Below, in pieces: positions 1-10,803 of a stretch of DNA of 64,000 nucleotides. The notes beneath the pieces are model-generated. The model did no database searches. It had not been told where the DNA came from and worked only from the letters and a program-made list of their open reading frames with translations. The position numbers and the translations under genes were made by a program. Each line of letters begins with the position of its first letter. Position 1 is the first letter of the stretch. This DNA is from an uncultured Gammaproteobacteria bacterium (lineage in GTDB: Bacteria > Pseudomonadota > Gammaproteobacteria > CAISUE01): assembly GCA_903888615.1 (NCBI GenBank), contig CAISUE010000046.1, positions 1,016 to 65,015 on the forward strand, read 5' to 3'.

Positions 1-1962
1 ATGGTGTAACACATTTTTATAATCATGTTCAGTGAGTAAAGCAGGCACAGTTATTTGAATATTGGTTAAGGAATTAAATAAGGCGTGTTCAGCTGCTAAT
101 TCAAATAAATCCGCTTGAATCGTTAATTCAACGGCGGTATCTAAACTTTCTTTTTTCAATAAATTATTGACCCGTTTGTGAGCGCTGGCTAAAGCGATCG
201 CGGCAGCTGAACTTTGAAAACTTAAGATTGCGTTTAAACGGGCGTAACTATCGTGTAAATCACCTTCTTTACCTGTTTTTAAATGACTCAATATGGCTTC
301 GATGGCTTTCATGAGTGACTCATGTGAATAATGCTTGAATTGTTGATGATCTAGCCAATAATAACGTAAACGATCAACGATAAAATCCATCACGCGATCG
401 GCCGTTTCTGACACGGTCAATTTATCTTGCCAACTCGCCACACTTTCTATCATCAACGGCCATAACGCAAGGGTCTGTGGTTGATTTAAAATAATGCGAA
501 TAACCCCCAAAGCTGCCCGTCTTAAAGCGAAGGGATCTTTATCACCGGTGGGAATTAAGCCGATACCAAAGATACCCGTTAAGCTAAGTAAGCGATCGGC
601 GAGCGCTAAACTGATTCCCAATGGACTCTTGGGTAAAGTGTCACCGGCAAATTTGGGTAAATATTGCTCGAATAAAGCTGTTGCTACATCGCTATTTATC
701 CCTTGTTGCCGCGCATAAGTACAGCCCATGATGCCTTGTAATTCGGGAAATTCATTGACCATTTGCGTACACAAATCACTCTTGGCCAGGGAGGCTGCTT
801 TCATCGCCAGTTGTTCATCGGCGTTCAGCCTTTGAGCGATAAAACCCGTCAAAGGTATGAGGGCTTCGACTTTGTCTTGCATCGAACCTAAATGGTGTTG
901 AAAGGTCATTTTCGCTAATATCGGTTGATAGTCAGCCAGTGGTGTTTTTAAATCCAGTTCATAGAAAAATTCCGCATCACTTAAGCGAGCATGCATCACC
1001 CGCGCATTACCTTGAATGACATCGTTAGGGTCAAGGCTATCAATATTACTGATGGTAATAAAAGCGGCGTGTAATTGTTTTTGTTGATTTTCGATGGCAA
1101 AACATTTTTGATGCTGTTGCATCGAAGCGATTAAAGCTTCCGATGGCAAATTTAAAAAACGTGGATCAAAAGGAATCGTTAATGCAACTGGCCATTCGAC
1201 CAAACCTACCACTTCGGTTAATAAATCGGGAGCTATCAGCACCTTTAAATGGGCGTTAAGGCGATGGGTTTCTGTTAATTGATGGTGGATCAACGCATGG
1301 CGTTTTTCAAAGCTGGCAATGACGTTAGCATCGTACAAATATTGTTCATAGTTTTCTCGATCAGCATTTTCAAAGCAAATCGCTTGCGGCGCCATGAAAC
1401 GGTGGCCATAGCTGATGCGATCAGCTTTGATGCCAAAACAAGTCACATCGATCATGTTTGGGCCGAACAAAGCTAAGACCCATTTAACAGGCCGAATGAA
1501 GCCGGTTTCACGATTGCCCCACCGCATGGGACGGGCAATGCTTAAAGCACTTAAGGCATTGTTTAATAGAGTGGGGAGTAAGCTTAAAGTGCTTTTACCG
1601 GGTATCAGTTGCGTATAAGCATAGTAGCCATCATTAACATTAAGGTCAGTGACCGTTACCCCACAGGATTTAGCAAAACCGAGCGCCGCAGGATGGCTGG
1701 TGCCTTCAGCGCTTACTTTAGGACCTTTGCGCATTAACCGTTGCTCGGGTTGCATCGTAGCGCAGTGGGCAATAAAAACACCCAGCCGACGTGGGGTTGC
1801 AAACCATGCACAGCGGTCTTTTTCGTAATGGAGTGCATGGTCAGTTAATAAAGCTTCGATTTTGGTGAGTAATTCTGCCCCCAAAGCCGCTAAGCCTTGA
1901 GCAGGTAATTCTTCACAGCCAATTTCAAATAATAAATCGTGTTGTTTAAGTTCAGTGTGCAT
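1..1962 (-). CDS. glyS: Glycine--tRNA ligase beta subunit, 5' part (runs off the left edge of the window)
   Basis: Reverse-strand translation from the ATG at 1962 is open to position 1. It reads MHTELKQHDLLFEIGCEELPAQGL..., matching GlyS N-terminal conservation (EIGTEELP, RRL, LVEWPV). It is absent from the ORF track because no stop codon lies inside the window. Confidence 0.85.
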   Translation of the reverse strand, partial: MHTELKQHDLLFEIGCEELPAQGLAALGAELLTKIEALLTDHALHYEKDRCAWFATPRRLGVFIAHCATMQPEQRLMRKGPKVSAEGTSHPAALGFAKSCGVTVTDLNVNDGYYAYTQLIPGKSTLSLLPTLLNNALSALSIARPMRWGNRETGFIRPVKWVLALFGPNMIDVTCFGIKADRISYGHRFMAPQAICFENADRENYEQYLYDANVIASFEKRHALIHHQLTETHRLNAHLKVLIAPDLLTEVVGLVEWPVALTIPFDPRFLNLPSEALIASMQQHQKCFAIENQQKQLHAAFITISNIDSLDPNDVIQGNARVMHARLSDAEFFYELDLKTPLADYQPILAKMTFQHHLGSMQDKVEALIPLTGFIAQRLNADEQLAMKAASLAKSDLCTQMVNEFPELQGIMGCTYARQQGINSDVATALFEQYLPKFAGDTLPKSPLGISLALADRLLSLTGIFGIGLIPTGDKDPFALRRAALGVIRIILNQPQTLALWPLMIESVASWQDKLTVSETADRVMDFIVDRLRYYWLDHQQFKHYSHESLMKAIEAILSHLKTGKEGDLHDSYARLNAILSFQSSAAAIALASAHKRVNNLLKKESLDTAVELTIQADLFELAAEHALFNSLTNIQITVPALLTEHDYKNVLHH

Positions 1963-1971
1963 AAAGTTTCT

Positions 1972-2829
1972 TTAAATGGATTGTTGCCAAAAGGCTTGAT
2001 TGAGGATCAACTTAAGCGTTTGTTTGGGTTGATTGGGATTGAATTCTTTTAAATTTAACGTTGGCGGTCCATCTTTGGGAACGGTAACTAGCCAGGTGGC
2101 TACGGTCCATTGACGTAAAATATTATCATTGGTATCGATAGCGCCGTCAGCGGTTAAGACACTTTGATCGGTACTGAAATTTTCAAATAAGCCAGCTGTA
2201 TAGGCTGTATGCGTCGCGAGTAAGTCATTGATGCGGTTATAACGCATGAAAGTGCTGGTGGATACAGGGTCATTGTAAGAAATTAAGGCGTCATTCACAT
2301 AATGATTGGTGTGATAGAGATACCCCGGTTGTTGGGCAAGGCGAATGGCATAATGACCGTTGGGTGCTATTTCAACCAGGATGATTTGGTTGTTATCGGC
2401 GATCATTAAATTTTGACCTGCACCATGACTGAATAGCGTTTCTTTATCCTTAATGACGTCGGCGACTGAACGGTAATGACGCAAAATGGTTTGCATGATA
2501 TCACTGCCCACTGCGGCACCATAGGCTACAGGGGTATGAATATCGTTATCGGCAACATTTAAACCGACTTGATTAATGCCGGCACTGATAAAGTGATAGG
2601 CGTTATCAGCGGGCGTATTTTTATACATCAAAGCTAAGTAGCGATAACCCGTCGGTGGTTGCACCAATTGTAAGCGTTGTATTTCCTCAGGTGGTGCATC
2701 GCGATTTTTAATGAACAGCAATTGATCCGATTGATTGACTGAACCAATGGCAGCCCAGAGCGTACACGCATGACTATTTTGTAGGCTTAAACTGAATAAG
2801 AGTAATGCTAACGTTATTTTTCTTATCAT
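1972..2829 (-). CDS. Secreted Ntn-hydrolase (choloylglycine hydrolase, acid ceramidase or peptidase C45-like)
   Basis: 285 aa. A signal peptide is followed by a nucleophile Cys (SHA|CTLW), with an NRD motif about 20 residues downstream, as in CBAH/C45 linear amide C-N hydrolases. Its start overlaps the glyQ stop (ATGA) and its stop lies 10 nt from the glyS start. Confidence 0.55.
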   Translation of the reverse strand: MIRKITLALLLFSLSLQNSHACTLWAAIGSVNQSDQLLFIKNRDAPPEEIQRLQLVQPPTGYRYLALMYKNTPADNAYHFISAGINQVGLNVADNDIHTPVAYGAAVGSDIMQTILRHYRSVADVIKDKETLFSHGAGQNLMIADNNQIILVEIAPNGHYAIRLAQQPGYLYHTNHYVNDALISYNDPVSTSTFMRYNRINDLLATHTAYTAGLFENFSTDQSVLTADGAIDTNDNILRQWTVATWLVTVPKDGPPTLNLKEFNPNQPKQTLKLILNQAFWQQSI

Positions 2830-3698
2830 AAGCTCAATTCCATGGTGGTTGTCGCAGCATATTGTTCAGCAACCGCTTTGGCAAGTGCGCGCACCCGTAA
2901 AATATAGCGTTGTCGTTCCGTGACAGAAATAGCTTTGCGGGCATCTAATAAATTAAACGTATGCGAGACTTTCAAAACCATTTCATAAGCCGCCAATGCT
3001 AAGTTAGCCGCCAATAATTGTTGGCAGCTTATTTCATAATCCTTAAATTGTTGCAATAGCATGGCGGTATTGGCATGTTCAAAATTATAAGTTGACATTT
3101 GTACTTCATTTTGATGAAAAACATCGCCATAGGTGACTTTGCCAGTTGCGGATTCACTCCACACAATATCAAATAAATTATCGACATTTTGTAAATTCAT
3201 CGCCAATCGCTCAAGGCCATAGGTGATTTCACCTGACACGGGTTTACAAGATAGGCCACCGACTTGTTGAAAATAGGTGAATTGACTGATTTCCATGCCA
3301 TTTTGCCAGATTTCCCACCCCTGCCCCCAAGCCCCTAAGGTGGGTGATTCCCAATTATCTTCGACGAAACGAATATCCGAGGTTAATGGGTCAATCCCTA
3401 AAATTTTGAGAGAATCCACATACAGATCGACGATATTGTCGGGTGATGGTTTTAATAACACTTGAAATTGATAATAGTGTTGCACACGGTTGGGATTATT
3501 CCCATAACGGCCATCGGTGGGTCGGCGACACGGTTGGACAAAAGCGGTTCGCCACGGTTTGGGGCCAATGGCGCGTAAAAAAGTCGCTGGATGAAAAGTG
3601 GCGGCGCCTACTTCCATATCCAGAGGTTGTACTAACACACAGCCTTGATCAGCCCAATAGTGTTGTAACCGTAAGATAATAGTTTGAAAAGTTAACAC
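2826..3698 (-). CDS. glyQ: Glycine--tRNA ligase alpha subunit
   Basis: Matches E. coli GlyQ nearly end to end ([43 protein letters not shown]). The track ORF (to 3764) has about 22 extra N-terminal codons. The true start is likely near 3698 (GTG/TTG), judged by alignment to the E. coli N-terminus. Confidence 0.85.
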   Translation of the reverse strand: MLTFQTIILRLQHYWADQGCVLVQPLDMEVGAATFHPATFLRAIGPKPWRTAFVQPCRRPTDGRYGNNPNRVQHYYQFQVLLKPSPDNIVDLYVDSLKILGIDPLTSDIRFVEDNWESPTLGAWGQGWEIWQNGMEISQFTYFQQVGGLSCKPVSGEITYGLERLAMNLQNVDNLFDIVWSESATGKVTYGDVFHQNEVQMSTYNFEHANTAMLLQQFKDYEISCQQLLAANLALAAYEMVLKVSHTFNLLDARKAISVTERQRYILRVRALAKAVAEQYAATTTMELSL

Positions 3699-3855
3699 GA
3701 AAAATCTCCACTTAAAATAGTTGGTTTGTGCAATAGCCGCTATAATGTTAGAATTCTGGCGCAATGGCGGGGGTAATCACGCATTTTGCCATCAGGCGGC
3801 ACTGAACGCTAGTGTAAACCGTATAAGTGTCCAATACTCATAAAAGAATCCGTTA

Positions 3856-4791
3856 ATGACCACACCTTATTTAAGTATCGTTATTCCTGTCCATAATGAA
3901 CAAGAAATCTTACCCATTTTATTTGAACGTTTGACTGCTGCTTTAGATGCGTATGGCAAAGCTTACGAAGTCATTTTAGTCAATGATGGCAGTCGTGATC
4001 AGTCAGCCGTGATGCTGGATGCTTATCAAAAATTGCGGCCAGCGGAATTTCGCATCATTCATTTAAATGGTAATTTTGGTCAACATTTGGCGATTATGGC
4101 AGGTCTTGAACATATTCGCGGTGAAATTGCCGTGACACTCGATGCCGATTTGCAAAACCCACCGGAAGAAATCGCTAAATTGATTGATAAAATGGAAGCA
4201 GGCAACCACGATGTCGTCGGTGGTTATCGCATGGACCGGCAAGACAGTGCATGGCGTATAGCGGTATCAAAAATGCATAATTGGGTGCGCGCTAAATTCA
4301 TGCCGCGTTTAATCATGAAAGACGAAGGGTGTATGTTGCGCGCTTATCGCAAGAGTGTTGTGGAATTAATGGTCTTGAGTCAAGAAGCTTCGACTTTTAT
4401 TCCAGCCTTAGCGATGATGTATGCGACTAATCCTGGTGAAGTGGGTGTTAAGCATGAAGCGCGCAGCGCTGGCTATTCTAAATACAATCTGTATGCTTTG
4501 ATTCGCTACAATTTTGATATTATCACTAATTTTTCTTTGACCCCCTTGCATTTATTCACCTTAGTAGGGGTAGTGGTTTCAATGCTGAGCGGGCTATTGG
4601 TAGTGTATATGTTTATTCGCCGCTTAATCATCGGTCCTGAAGCGGATGGAGTATTTACGTTATTTGCGATTGTCTTGTTATTGATTAGTATCGGTTTGTT
4701 AGGTTTGGGAATTATTGGCGAATACGTTGGGCGTATTTATCAGGAAGTGCGTAAACGGCCACGCTTTGTGATTCGCCAAATCGTTGAATAA
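3856..4791 (+). CDS. ArnC-like undecaprenyl-phosphate glycosyltransferase (GT2, polyprenyl-phosphate sugar transferase)
   Basis: 311 aa. Strong similarity to ArnC/GtrB: VIPVHNE, DGS.D.S, TLDADLQNPPEEI, GCMLRAYRK, STFIP, and two C-terminal TM helices. Confidence 0.8.
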   Translation: MTTPYLSIVIPVHNEQEILPILFERLTAALDAYGKAYEVILVNDGSRDQSAVMLDAYQKLRPAEFRIIHLNGNFGQHLAIMAGLEHIRGEIAVTLDADLQNPPEEIAKLIDKMEAGNHDVVGGYRMDRQDSAWRIAVSKMHNWVRAKFMPRLIMKDEGCMLRAYRKSVVELMVLSQEASTFIPALAMMYATNPGEVGVKHEARSAGYSKYNLYALIRYNFDIITNFSLTPLHLFTLVGVVVSMLSGLLVVYMFIRRLIIGPEADGVFTLFAIVLLLISIGLLGLGIIGEYVGRIYQEVRKRPRFVIRQIVE

Positions 4792-4806
4792 ATATCAGAG
4801 CCTGTT

Positions 4807-5937
4807 ATGACTTGGAAACTCCCTGAAGACCAGAATAAGCCTAATGTCGAACCCGATCCATGGACGGGTCGACAGCCAGATAAAAAACCGCGTGGCTCAC
4901 AACCACCCACTATTGAAGCTTTATTGAAACAGTTATGGTTAAACCTTAAACGGAAAGGTGCTAGTTGGCGTTCCTATCAGCCACCGCCTCGTGCTTGGTT
5001 GATGGGATTGCCAGGGGCAGTATTCATTATTTGGCTGGGTTTAGGCATTCATTATGGGCGCGCGGATCAATTAAGTTATGCTATGCGTTTAGGTGTTTAC
5101 CAAGGCCAGTTGGCTGATGGATGGCAATGGCGCGCTTGGGGTCTTTACCAAATTCATACCCTATCACAACCACAAGTATTGACAGTGAAATCGGAAGTAA
5201 TCAGTCAAGATTTAGCGTTAGCCAAAGCTTCAATGACGCTGACGTATCGTATTGTTGATCCTAAAGCGTACTTGTTTAGCATTAATGAACCACTGCGGGT
5301 ATTGCACGCTTTAAGTGACAGTGCGTTGCAGCAAGTCATAAGTCAAATAAATTCAGCGGTATTACTCAGTGATAAAAATGCATCCACAGTCGTGGCTACA
5401 CTTAAACCCTTGTTGCAATCACTGGTGGATCATGCAGGTTTAGGGATACGCATAGAAACCATTCATGTTGATGATGTGGCGATTCCTGATAGCTTACAAG
5501 AATTATTCACTAAAATGAATGCTATTTACGTAACGCAAACCGCTGAAAAACAAAAAAATCTCGAATACCAACAGCAAGTCATGCCGGCGGCAACACGGAA
5601 AGCGCAGCAGAGTTTAATTGCCGCCAAAACTTACGCTCAGCAAGCGTTGACTAAAGCGCAGAGTGATGTCGCAGCTTACTTAATGTTATTACCTCACTAT
5701 CAAAAAAATCCTAAATTGACGAAATATCAATTGTATACGCAGTTTATGACGACTATTTTGAGTGAATCGCAAACGGTGGTCGTTGATGCTAAAAATACCA
5801 CGCCAATGATTGTGTTGCCCGATTCAGGATTCAAAAAAGTGACTGCGCCGACGGTTAATGAAGAGAGTGCTGCGAATGTCGCCGTTGCGGATACGGATGA
5901 TAGCTATGGCAATATTAAAGGGGGCTATGGCTCATGA
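4807..5937 (+). CDS. hflK: FtsH protease modulator HflK
   Basis: 376 aa with an SPFH/band-7 domain. N-terminal DPW motif and overall colinearity with E. coli HflK. Its stop overlaps the hflC start. Confidence 0.8.
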   Translation: MTWKLPEDQNKPNVEPDPWTGRQPDKKPRGSQPPTIEALLKQLWLNLKRKGASWRSYQPPPRAWLMGLPGAVFIIWLGLGIHYGRADQLSYAMRLGVYQGQLADGWQWRAWGLYQIHTLSQPQVLTVKSEVISQDLALAKASMTLTYRIVDPKAYLFSINEPLRVLHALSDSALQQVISQINSAVLLSDKNASTVVATLKPLLQSLVDHAGLGIRIETIHVDDVAIPDSLQELFTKMNAIYVTQTAEKQKNLEYQQQVMPAATRKAQQSLIAAKTYAQQALTKAQSDVAAYLMLLPHYQKNPKLTKYQLYTQFMTTILSESQTVVVDAKNTTPMIVLPDSGFKKVTAPTVNEESAANVAVADTDDSYGNIKGGYGS

Positions 5938-6797
5938 AGCGCTTATGGTGGGGTGGCGGCATTTTTGTGGTGATTATGGCAGTTATCGTGGCACGAAGTG
6001 TTTTTTTGGTGCCGGAAGGTAGGCAAGCGAAACTAGATGATGATATGACGTGGTTAGAGCCAGGGCTTCACTGGCATTCACCATGGCGCCACCAGCTAAC
6101 GTGGCAAGATCAACGTCAGCAAGCGGTGCTTGCATCTGGAACCGATGATCAACCCTATGTCCGTGTGATCACGTTTGATCAAAAGCAGTTGGAATTGGGT
6201 TATATGGCTTTGTGGCAAGTGACGGATCGTGCTGTGTTTGCCAAACATTATGGCAGTGATGCCGTGGCGAAAAACGCTGTTCGCACCGTTATCAATCAAG
6301 CCTTGAGTCAATGTTGTTTGAGTGAAACCTTGGCCCAGTGGTTAACGGCTGACAGTTTAACCACCAATGCTCATCAAGTCTTAACCATTGCCAATACCAT
6401 CCTGGCTGCTAATGGCTTGACTTTATCGCAATTGGTCATTACCGCGGTGACGATTCCGAGCGAGGCGCGTGATGTTTGGTTAGACGCTATGCAAGTACGA
6501 GGCCAAGCGAATTTAACGCAATTGCAGTTGCAAACAACGACCTTGGCAGCCACATTGAAAGCCACGGTCGATGCTAAAGCATCAAAAATGGTGACGGATG
6601 CGCAACGCCAAGCGGATGCGTTGCGCTCTCAAGCAGATACTGAAGCTGCGGCTATTTATGCCAATGCTTATCAAAAAAATCCTGAGTTTTATGAGTTTTA
6701 CATGAATTTAAACGCTTATCAACACATCTTCAAAGCACGATCGCCAGTCATGGTTCTCGATAGTCAGTCAAGTTTTTTTAAATCGATGCACCCTTGA
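5934..6797 (+). CDS. hflC: FtsH protease modulator HflC
   Basis: 287 aa with an SPFH domain. C-terminal PEFYEFYMNLNAYQ matches HflC PDFYAFIRSLRAYE. Translationally coupled to hflK. Confidence 0.8.
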   Translation: MKRLWWGGGIFVVIMAVIVARSVFLVPEGRQAKLDDDMTWLEPGLHWHSPWRHQLTWQDQRQQAVLASGTDDQPYVRVITFDQKQLELGYMALWQVTDRAVFAKHYGSDAVAKNAVRTVINQALSQCCLSETLAQWLTADSLTTNAHQVLTIANTILAANGLTLSQLVITAVTIPSEARDVWLDAMQVRGQANLTQLQLQTTTLAATLKATVDAKASKMVTDAQRQADALRSQADTEAAAIYANAYQKNPEFYEFYMNLNAYQHIFKARSPVMVLDSQSSFFKSMHP

Positions 6798-6803
6798 GTT
6801 ATT

Positions 6804-6835
6804 GCTAAGCCCGGGCAATGCTGCCTGGGCTTAGC
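6804..6835. terminator. Bidirectional hairpin between convergent hflC and lptB
   Basis: GCTAAGCCCGGGCA-ATGC-TGCCTGGGCTTAGC: a 14 bp stem with one mismatch and a 4 nt loop. Confidence 0.5.
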
Positions 6836-6874
6836 ATCTGTAAGCGGCTGTTCGTTTAGTTTAACGTTAATAGC

Positions 6875-7600
6875 TTACATATAAAAATCTTCACCCAAAT
6901 AGACATCGCGAACTTTTTGGTCGGCGAGAATCACGGAAGGCGCCCCTTCACACAAAATTTTGCCTTCGCTGACGATATAGGCACGTTCACAAATATCCAG
7001 CGTTTCGCGTACATTATGATCGGTAATCAAGACGCCAATGCCGCGTTGTTTAAGATGGGTGATGATCCGTTTAATATCGATGACTGAGATCGGATCAATT
7101 CCGGCAAAAGGTTCATCCAATAAAATAAATTGTGGTTTAGAGGCTAGGGCGCGGGCAATTTCAACGCGGCGACGTTCGCCACCGGATAGGCTAATGCCGG
7201 CGGTATCGCGCACTTGAGTTAAGTGAAATTCTAGTAATAATTGCTCTAATTCATGGTAACGTTGTTCACGATTGAGTGTTGGATGTAATTCTAAAATGGC
7301 TAAAATATTTTCAGCAACCGTTAATTTGCGAAAAATAGACGCTTCTTGCGGTAAATAGCCAATGCCGAGGCGAGCGCGAGCATGCATCGGTAATTGCGTA
7401 ATATCGTGGCCATTACAGCTAACTGTGCCTCGATCACATTGAACTAAACCGACGATCATATAAAAACTGGTGGTTTTACCCGCACCGTTAGGGCCGAGTA
7501 AACCGACGATTTCGCCCGATTTTACCGACAGTGACACATCTTGTACGACGGCACGTTTATTGTAATATTTGGCGAGATGATGGGCAGTTAATTCAGTCAT
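6875..7600 (-). CDS. lptB: LPS export ABC transporter ATPase LptB
   Basis: 241 aa, near-colinear with E. coli LptB ([33 protein letters not shown]). Confidence 0.9.
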   Translation of the reverse strand: MTELTAHHLAKYYNKRAVVQDVSLSVKSGEIVGLLGPNGAGKTTSFYMIVGLVQCDRGTVSCNGHDITQLPMHARARLGIGYLPQEASIFRKLTVAENILAILELHPTLNREQRYHELEQLLLEFHLTQVRDTAGISLSGGERRRVEIARALASKPQFILLDEPFAGIDPISVIDIKRIITHLKQRGIGVLITDHNVRETLDICERAYIVSEGKILCEGAPSVILADQKVRDVYLGEDFYM

Positions 7601-8109
7601 GAAGGTTGGGTCGTTTTTTTAGAAAAAGTATGGGGCATTAACAAAATGGTGGTATGACCTTGGGTGGATGCGGGTGATTGCACCGTTTGTTTTAATAAGT
7701 CGTAATAGATCAAGGGTGCCGCATAACGGTTACCCTCTTGGATGACCACTGCATCATGGAGTAATTGAACCCGATGTTCGAGCGGATAATAATGAATTTC
7801 TAAGGCAGTGGCTGTTAATTCGGCTTTACCAACTTCGGGTATGGTTTTGTACATAGCCGGCTTGCCATAAGCAATGACTTCTGTTAATTGATGATGACTA
7901 TCTTGTTTGATAATCACTGTATCGGCGAACAGTGATGTCGTACCTTGGGTCGCAACCACGTGGTCTTGATAAAGGCTGATGCCGGTTTGTTGGTTAATAG
8001 TAGCATTGTTAGCATGGGCATTCATCACTTGCATGCGATCAGAGTCAAGAGCAACCGCCTTTATCTGCAGCATTAAAATCGCAAAGCCATAAAGGAAAAA
8101 TTTGCGCAT
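7597..8109 (-). CDS. lptA: LPS transport periplasmic protein LptA (OstA-like)
   Basis: OstA-fold signal-peptide protein immediately upstream of lptB. The start was chosen at MRKFFLYG (ATG 8109), because the longer track ORF would overlap recR. Confidence 0.7.
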   Translation of the reverse strand: MRKFFLYGFAILMLQIKAVALDSDRMQVMNAHANNATINQQTGISLYQDHVVATQGTTSLFADTVIIKQDSHHQLTEVIAYGKPAMYKTIPEVGKAELTATALEIHYYPLEHRVQLLHDAVVIQEGNRYAAPLIYYDLLKQTVQSPASTQGHTTILLMPHTFSKKTTQPS

Positions 8110-8116
8110 AGCGGGT

Positions 8117-8725
8117 TTATTCTGTCCTCGTGACAAGCGCACGTGTTTGCAGTGCGCGAGCAAGCGTGCCCGCATCGATGTGTTCTAATTCACCGCCGCT
8201 GGGAACCCCATGGGCGATGCGTGATAAGGTCAATGGCAGCGCTTTTAATAAGTGACCGATATAATGCGCAGTGGCTTCGCCTTCAACCGTAAGATTGGTT
8301 GCTAAAATAACTTCTGTTATTCCATGCGTTTGACAGTGTAACACCAAGCTATCTAAGCCTAAGTTTTGAGGGCCGATACCATCTAAAGGTGATAAATGAC
8401 CCATCAAGACAAAATAATGCCCCAAATAACTACCGGTTTGTTCAATGGCCAAGACATCGGCAGGTGACTCGACAATACATAATAATTGTCGATTACGGCC
8501 CGGATGTTGGCAGAGCAGACACAGCGGTGTTTCAGATAAATTGCGACATTGCTGGCAATGGCCTATTTTTTCTAACGTGTGTAATAAAGTTCGGCCGAGA
8601 TTTTTTCCATGCTCACGCTTGCGTTCCAATAAATGAAAAGCCATGCGTTGCGCATTGCGTTGTCCTACGCCAGGTAAGCAACGCAATGCTTCGATTAATT
8701 CTTGAATGAGTGGGGAAAAATTCAC
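8117..8725 (-). CDS. recR: Recombination protein RecR
   Basis: 202 aa with a C4 zinc finger (CQQC...CLLC), Toprim domain and HhH. Canonical RecR. Confidence 0.9.
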   Translation of the reverse strand: MNFSPLIQELIEALRCLPGVGQRNAQRMAFHLLERKREHGKNLGRTLLHTLEKIGHCQQCRNLSETPLCLLCQHPGRNRQLLCIVESPADVLAIEQTGSYLGHYFVLMGHLSPLDGIGPQNLGLDSLVLHCQTHGITEVILATNLTVEGEATAHYIGHLLKALPLTLSRIAHGVPSGGELEHIDAGTLARALQTRALVTRTE

Positions 8726-8734
8726 TGTGGTTGT

Positions 8735-9076
8735 TTATTCACCGTCGTTTGAACCGGTGGGTAATTTAAAGTCTTTGGGTAAATCCATACCGGCGGTGAG
8801 CGATGACATTTTACCACGGGTGCCTTCTTCGACTTTACGGACCGCATCATTGACGGCTGCTGCCACTAAATCTTCCAGCACCGCTTTTTCTTCTGTCAAT
8901 AAACTATTGTCGATTTTAATGCGTTTGACGGTGTATTGGCCAGTCATGATAACTTCAACCAAACCTGCGCCAGACGTGCCGATTACTTCAAGGACCGCAA
9001 TTTCGCGCTGCACATCTTGCATCCGTTGTTGCATTTCTTGAGCTTGTTTCATTAAAGCATTTAAGTTGAGACTCAT
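8735..9076 (-). CDS. ybaB: Nucleoid-associated protein YbaB/EbfC
   Basis: 113 aa. LMKQAQEMQQRMQ...VEVIMTG matches the YbaB family. The usual upstream dnaX is absent from this locus. Confidence 0.85.
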   Translation of the reverse strand: MSLNLNALMKQAQEMQQRMQDVQREIAVLEVIGTSGAGLVEVIMTGQYTVKRIKIDNSLLTEEKAVLEDLVAAAVNDAVRKVEEGTRGKMSSLTAGMDLPKDFKLPTGSNDGE

Positions 9077-9240
9077 TGCATAACTCCATTAGGGTTGACG
9101 ACAGCCACGAAAGACAAGACTATGATGCCATTAAAGTCACTATTATTCAATCCATAGCAGATGCAAAGGATTAACCACGGTTTTACTGATTTACTTCGTG
9201 TTGCACGGGAAATCTGCGCTAGTAACTGATTTTTCAAAGA

Positions 9241-10554
9241 TTAATTAGGTCTAGGGATTGCATCTGGCCGCTCTGCCAACCCGGTGGTGTTTTCTGCTTT
9301 TCGTTCGGCCTCTTGTTGTTCAATTTTTTCAGCATCTGCTTTTAATTCCGGGTGTTTGTCTTTTTCATCTTGGACACATTTCGAGGATGGTTTAGGGTTT
9401 GGTGTGGTGTTGGTGGAGGATTCGGCAGCTGCGCTTCCTTCCTCTGGCCTGACCCCTGCTACGATTTCTATGGCTTCTCTAGCTTCCTTCTCCTCTTTCT
9501 CTTTTTCTTCGGCAGTTTCTGTGTTTTCTCCTACCGTTATTTCCGCCGCAGGATCAACTGCCCGATTTTCCCATTGTTTGATATCATTTAAGATATCTTC
9601 GTCTATGGCAATGGATCTTTCGTAGCTCTCTTTTAGCTCAGGGAAATTAGCAAAATATTTTTCATTTGCTGCGATTTCGATGTGGAGTTGGGCTAAGTGT
9701 TCGGAAGCCTTTGTCTTATTAACAAGAAGTTGTTCAAGCATCTCAAGTCGCTTATCTTCTTGATCGCTGTTAAGAGGATGGGCCTCAACGCTGTTTTCGT
9801 TAATACTGGTATCGACAGGGGGTTCATCTGCTTTGCTACTGTTTTCTATCGTGTTTTCGGCATGATTTGTTACCGCGGGGCCATTTTCAATGGTCGGCGA
9901 AGCGTTCGCGCCCGCTTCAAGAAGGGGTGTGGGATTAAGCAGATTTTTAATATGCGCTGTTGTTAACTGATCGAGTTTTTCTTTATGGTCACCTATCCAA
10001 AAGCTTGGAGTGGGTTCATTGATTTTCGCTAATAATTCATTGATACCTTTTTTTGTATCATTAGGGTATTTGGCTTCTGCCTGAGCAATTTGATAGTGTG
10101 AGCCTGCTTCGGCCGAGAGTTTCAGTCGTTTATCTTCATCAACGACACCATCTTTTGTATAAAGGGCAGGATTAACGCGAACAATGGTGCGGGGTTGACC
10201 TTTGTCATCATAACTCTCGGTAAAACTAGTGCCATTTTTGCCAATAGAATATGTATAGCCCGAGTCGGCATTTTTTTTGGAATACTCGTAAGTGTCAAAT
10301 TCGGAATTTTCTAAGAATTGTTTTTTTAACGCTGCTGCCAAACGTTGTTGATAATCATCATCGACTGGTGTGGGTTCGTATTTAACCATAGCCGTTTCAA
10401 TAGTAGCGTCACAGGAAGCTATTTCTTGTGAATTATTGGCAGCCTCGAGATTTTTTTGGGCTAACGCATTGGCTTCATTATTGGCTTTATCGAGCGCTTG
10501 CTGTTTTTTTTGACTCTCCACGGAATCCGTGTTTTCAGAAGTATGACCAGTCAT
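9241..10554 (-). CDS. Hypothetical acidic coiled-coil protein with a Glu-rich C-terminus (effector-like orphan)
   Basis: 437 aa with no recognizable domain. Low-complexity polar and acidic composition, and a C-terminal roughly 100 aa rich in E/K (EEKEKEEKEAREAIE...EQQEAERKAE). Confidence 0.55.
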   Translation of the reverse strand: MTGHTSENTDSVESQKKQQALDKANNEANALAQKNLEAANNSQEIASCDATIETAMVKYEPTPVDDDYQQRLAAALKKQFLENSEFDTYEYSKKNADSGYTYSIGKNGTSFTESYDDKGQPRTIVRVNPALYTKDGVVDEDKRLKLSAEAGSHYQIAQAEAKYPNDTKKGINELLAKINEPTPSFWIGDHKEKLDQLTTAHIKNLLNPTPLLEAGANASPTIENGPAVTNHAENTIENSSKADEPPVDTSINENSVEAHPLNSDQEDKRLEMLEQLLVNKTKASEHLAQLHIEIAANEKYFANFPELKESYERSIAIDEDILNDIKQWENRAVDPAAEITVGENTETAEEKEKEEKEAREAIEIVAGVRPEEGSAAAESSTNTTPNPKPSSKCVQDEKDKHPELKADAEKIEQQEAERKAENTTGLAERPDAIPRPN

Positions 10555-10803
10555 GATGAGTTCCTCTCAGGTATTCCTATCGTGGGTTCGATCATAGCAT
10601 ATCGCTCAATAGGCTCAAATAGGGTTTTTTTACAATACCTACAGCAACTTTGCTAAAAAAGCTAGCAAAAAACGGATGAATTAGGCATAATGTTCGGTCA
10701 ATCGACCGTTAAGGTCGACCTCCTTGTCAAGTGTGCTCATTGGTTCTGGTTGTTAAAGGGCCTGCTGCTTGACTTTGTTAAAAATCCATAAGGAGTTTTC
10801 TTT

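Noticed and set aside
494..1618. Three short forward-strand ORFs (494-718, 1279-1476, 1415-1618)
   Set aside because: They lie antisense inside the long open reverse-strand glyS frame, are compositionally odd (Lys/Arg-rich or hydrophobic junk), and lack RBS. Treated as spurious.
3699..3764. Extra 22 N-terminal codons on the glyQ track ORF
   Set aside because: E. coli GlyQ alignment begins at [17 protein letters not shown]. The upstream extension has no homology counterpart and carries a TATAAT-like box, so it is probably 5' UTR.
8389..9625. Several forward-strand ORFs of 60-113 aa overlapping recR, ybaB and the 437 aa gene in antisense
   Set aside because: Typical antisense shadow ORFs inside well-supported genes. 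Low-complexity translations.
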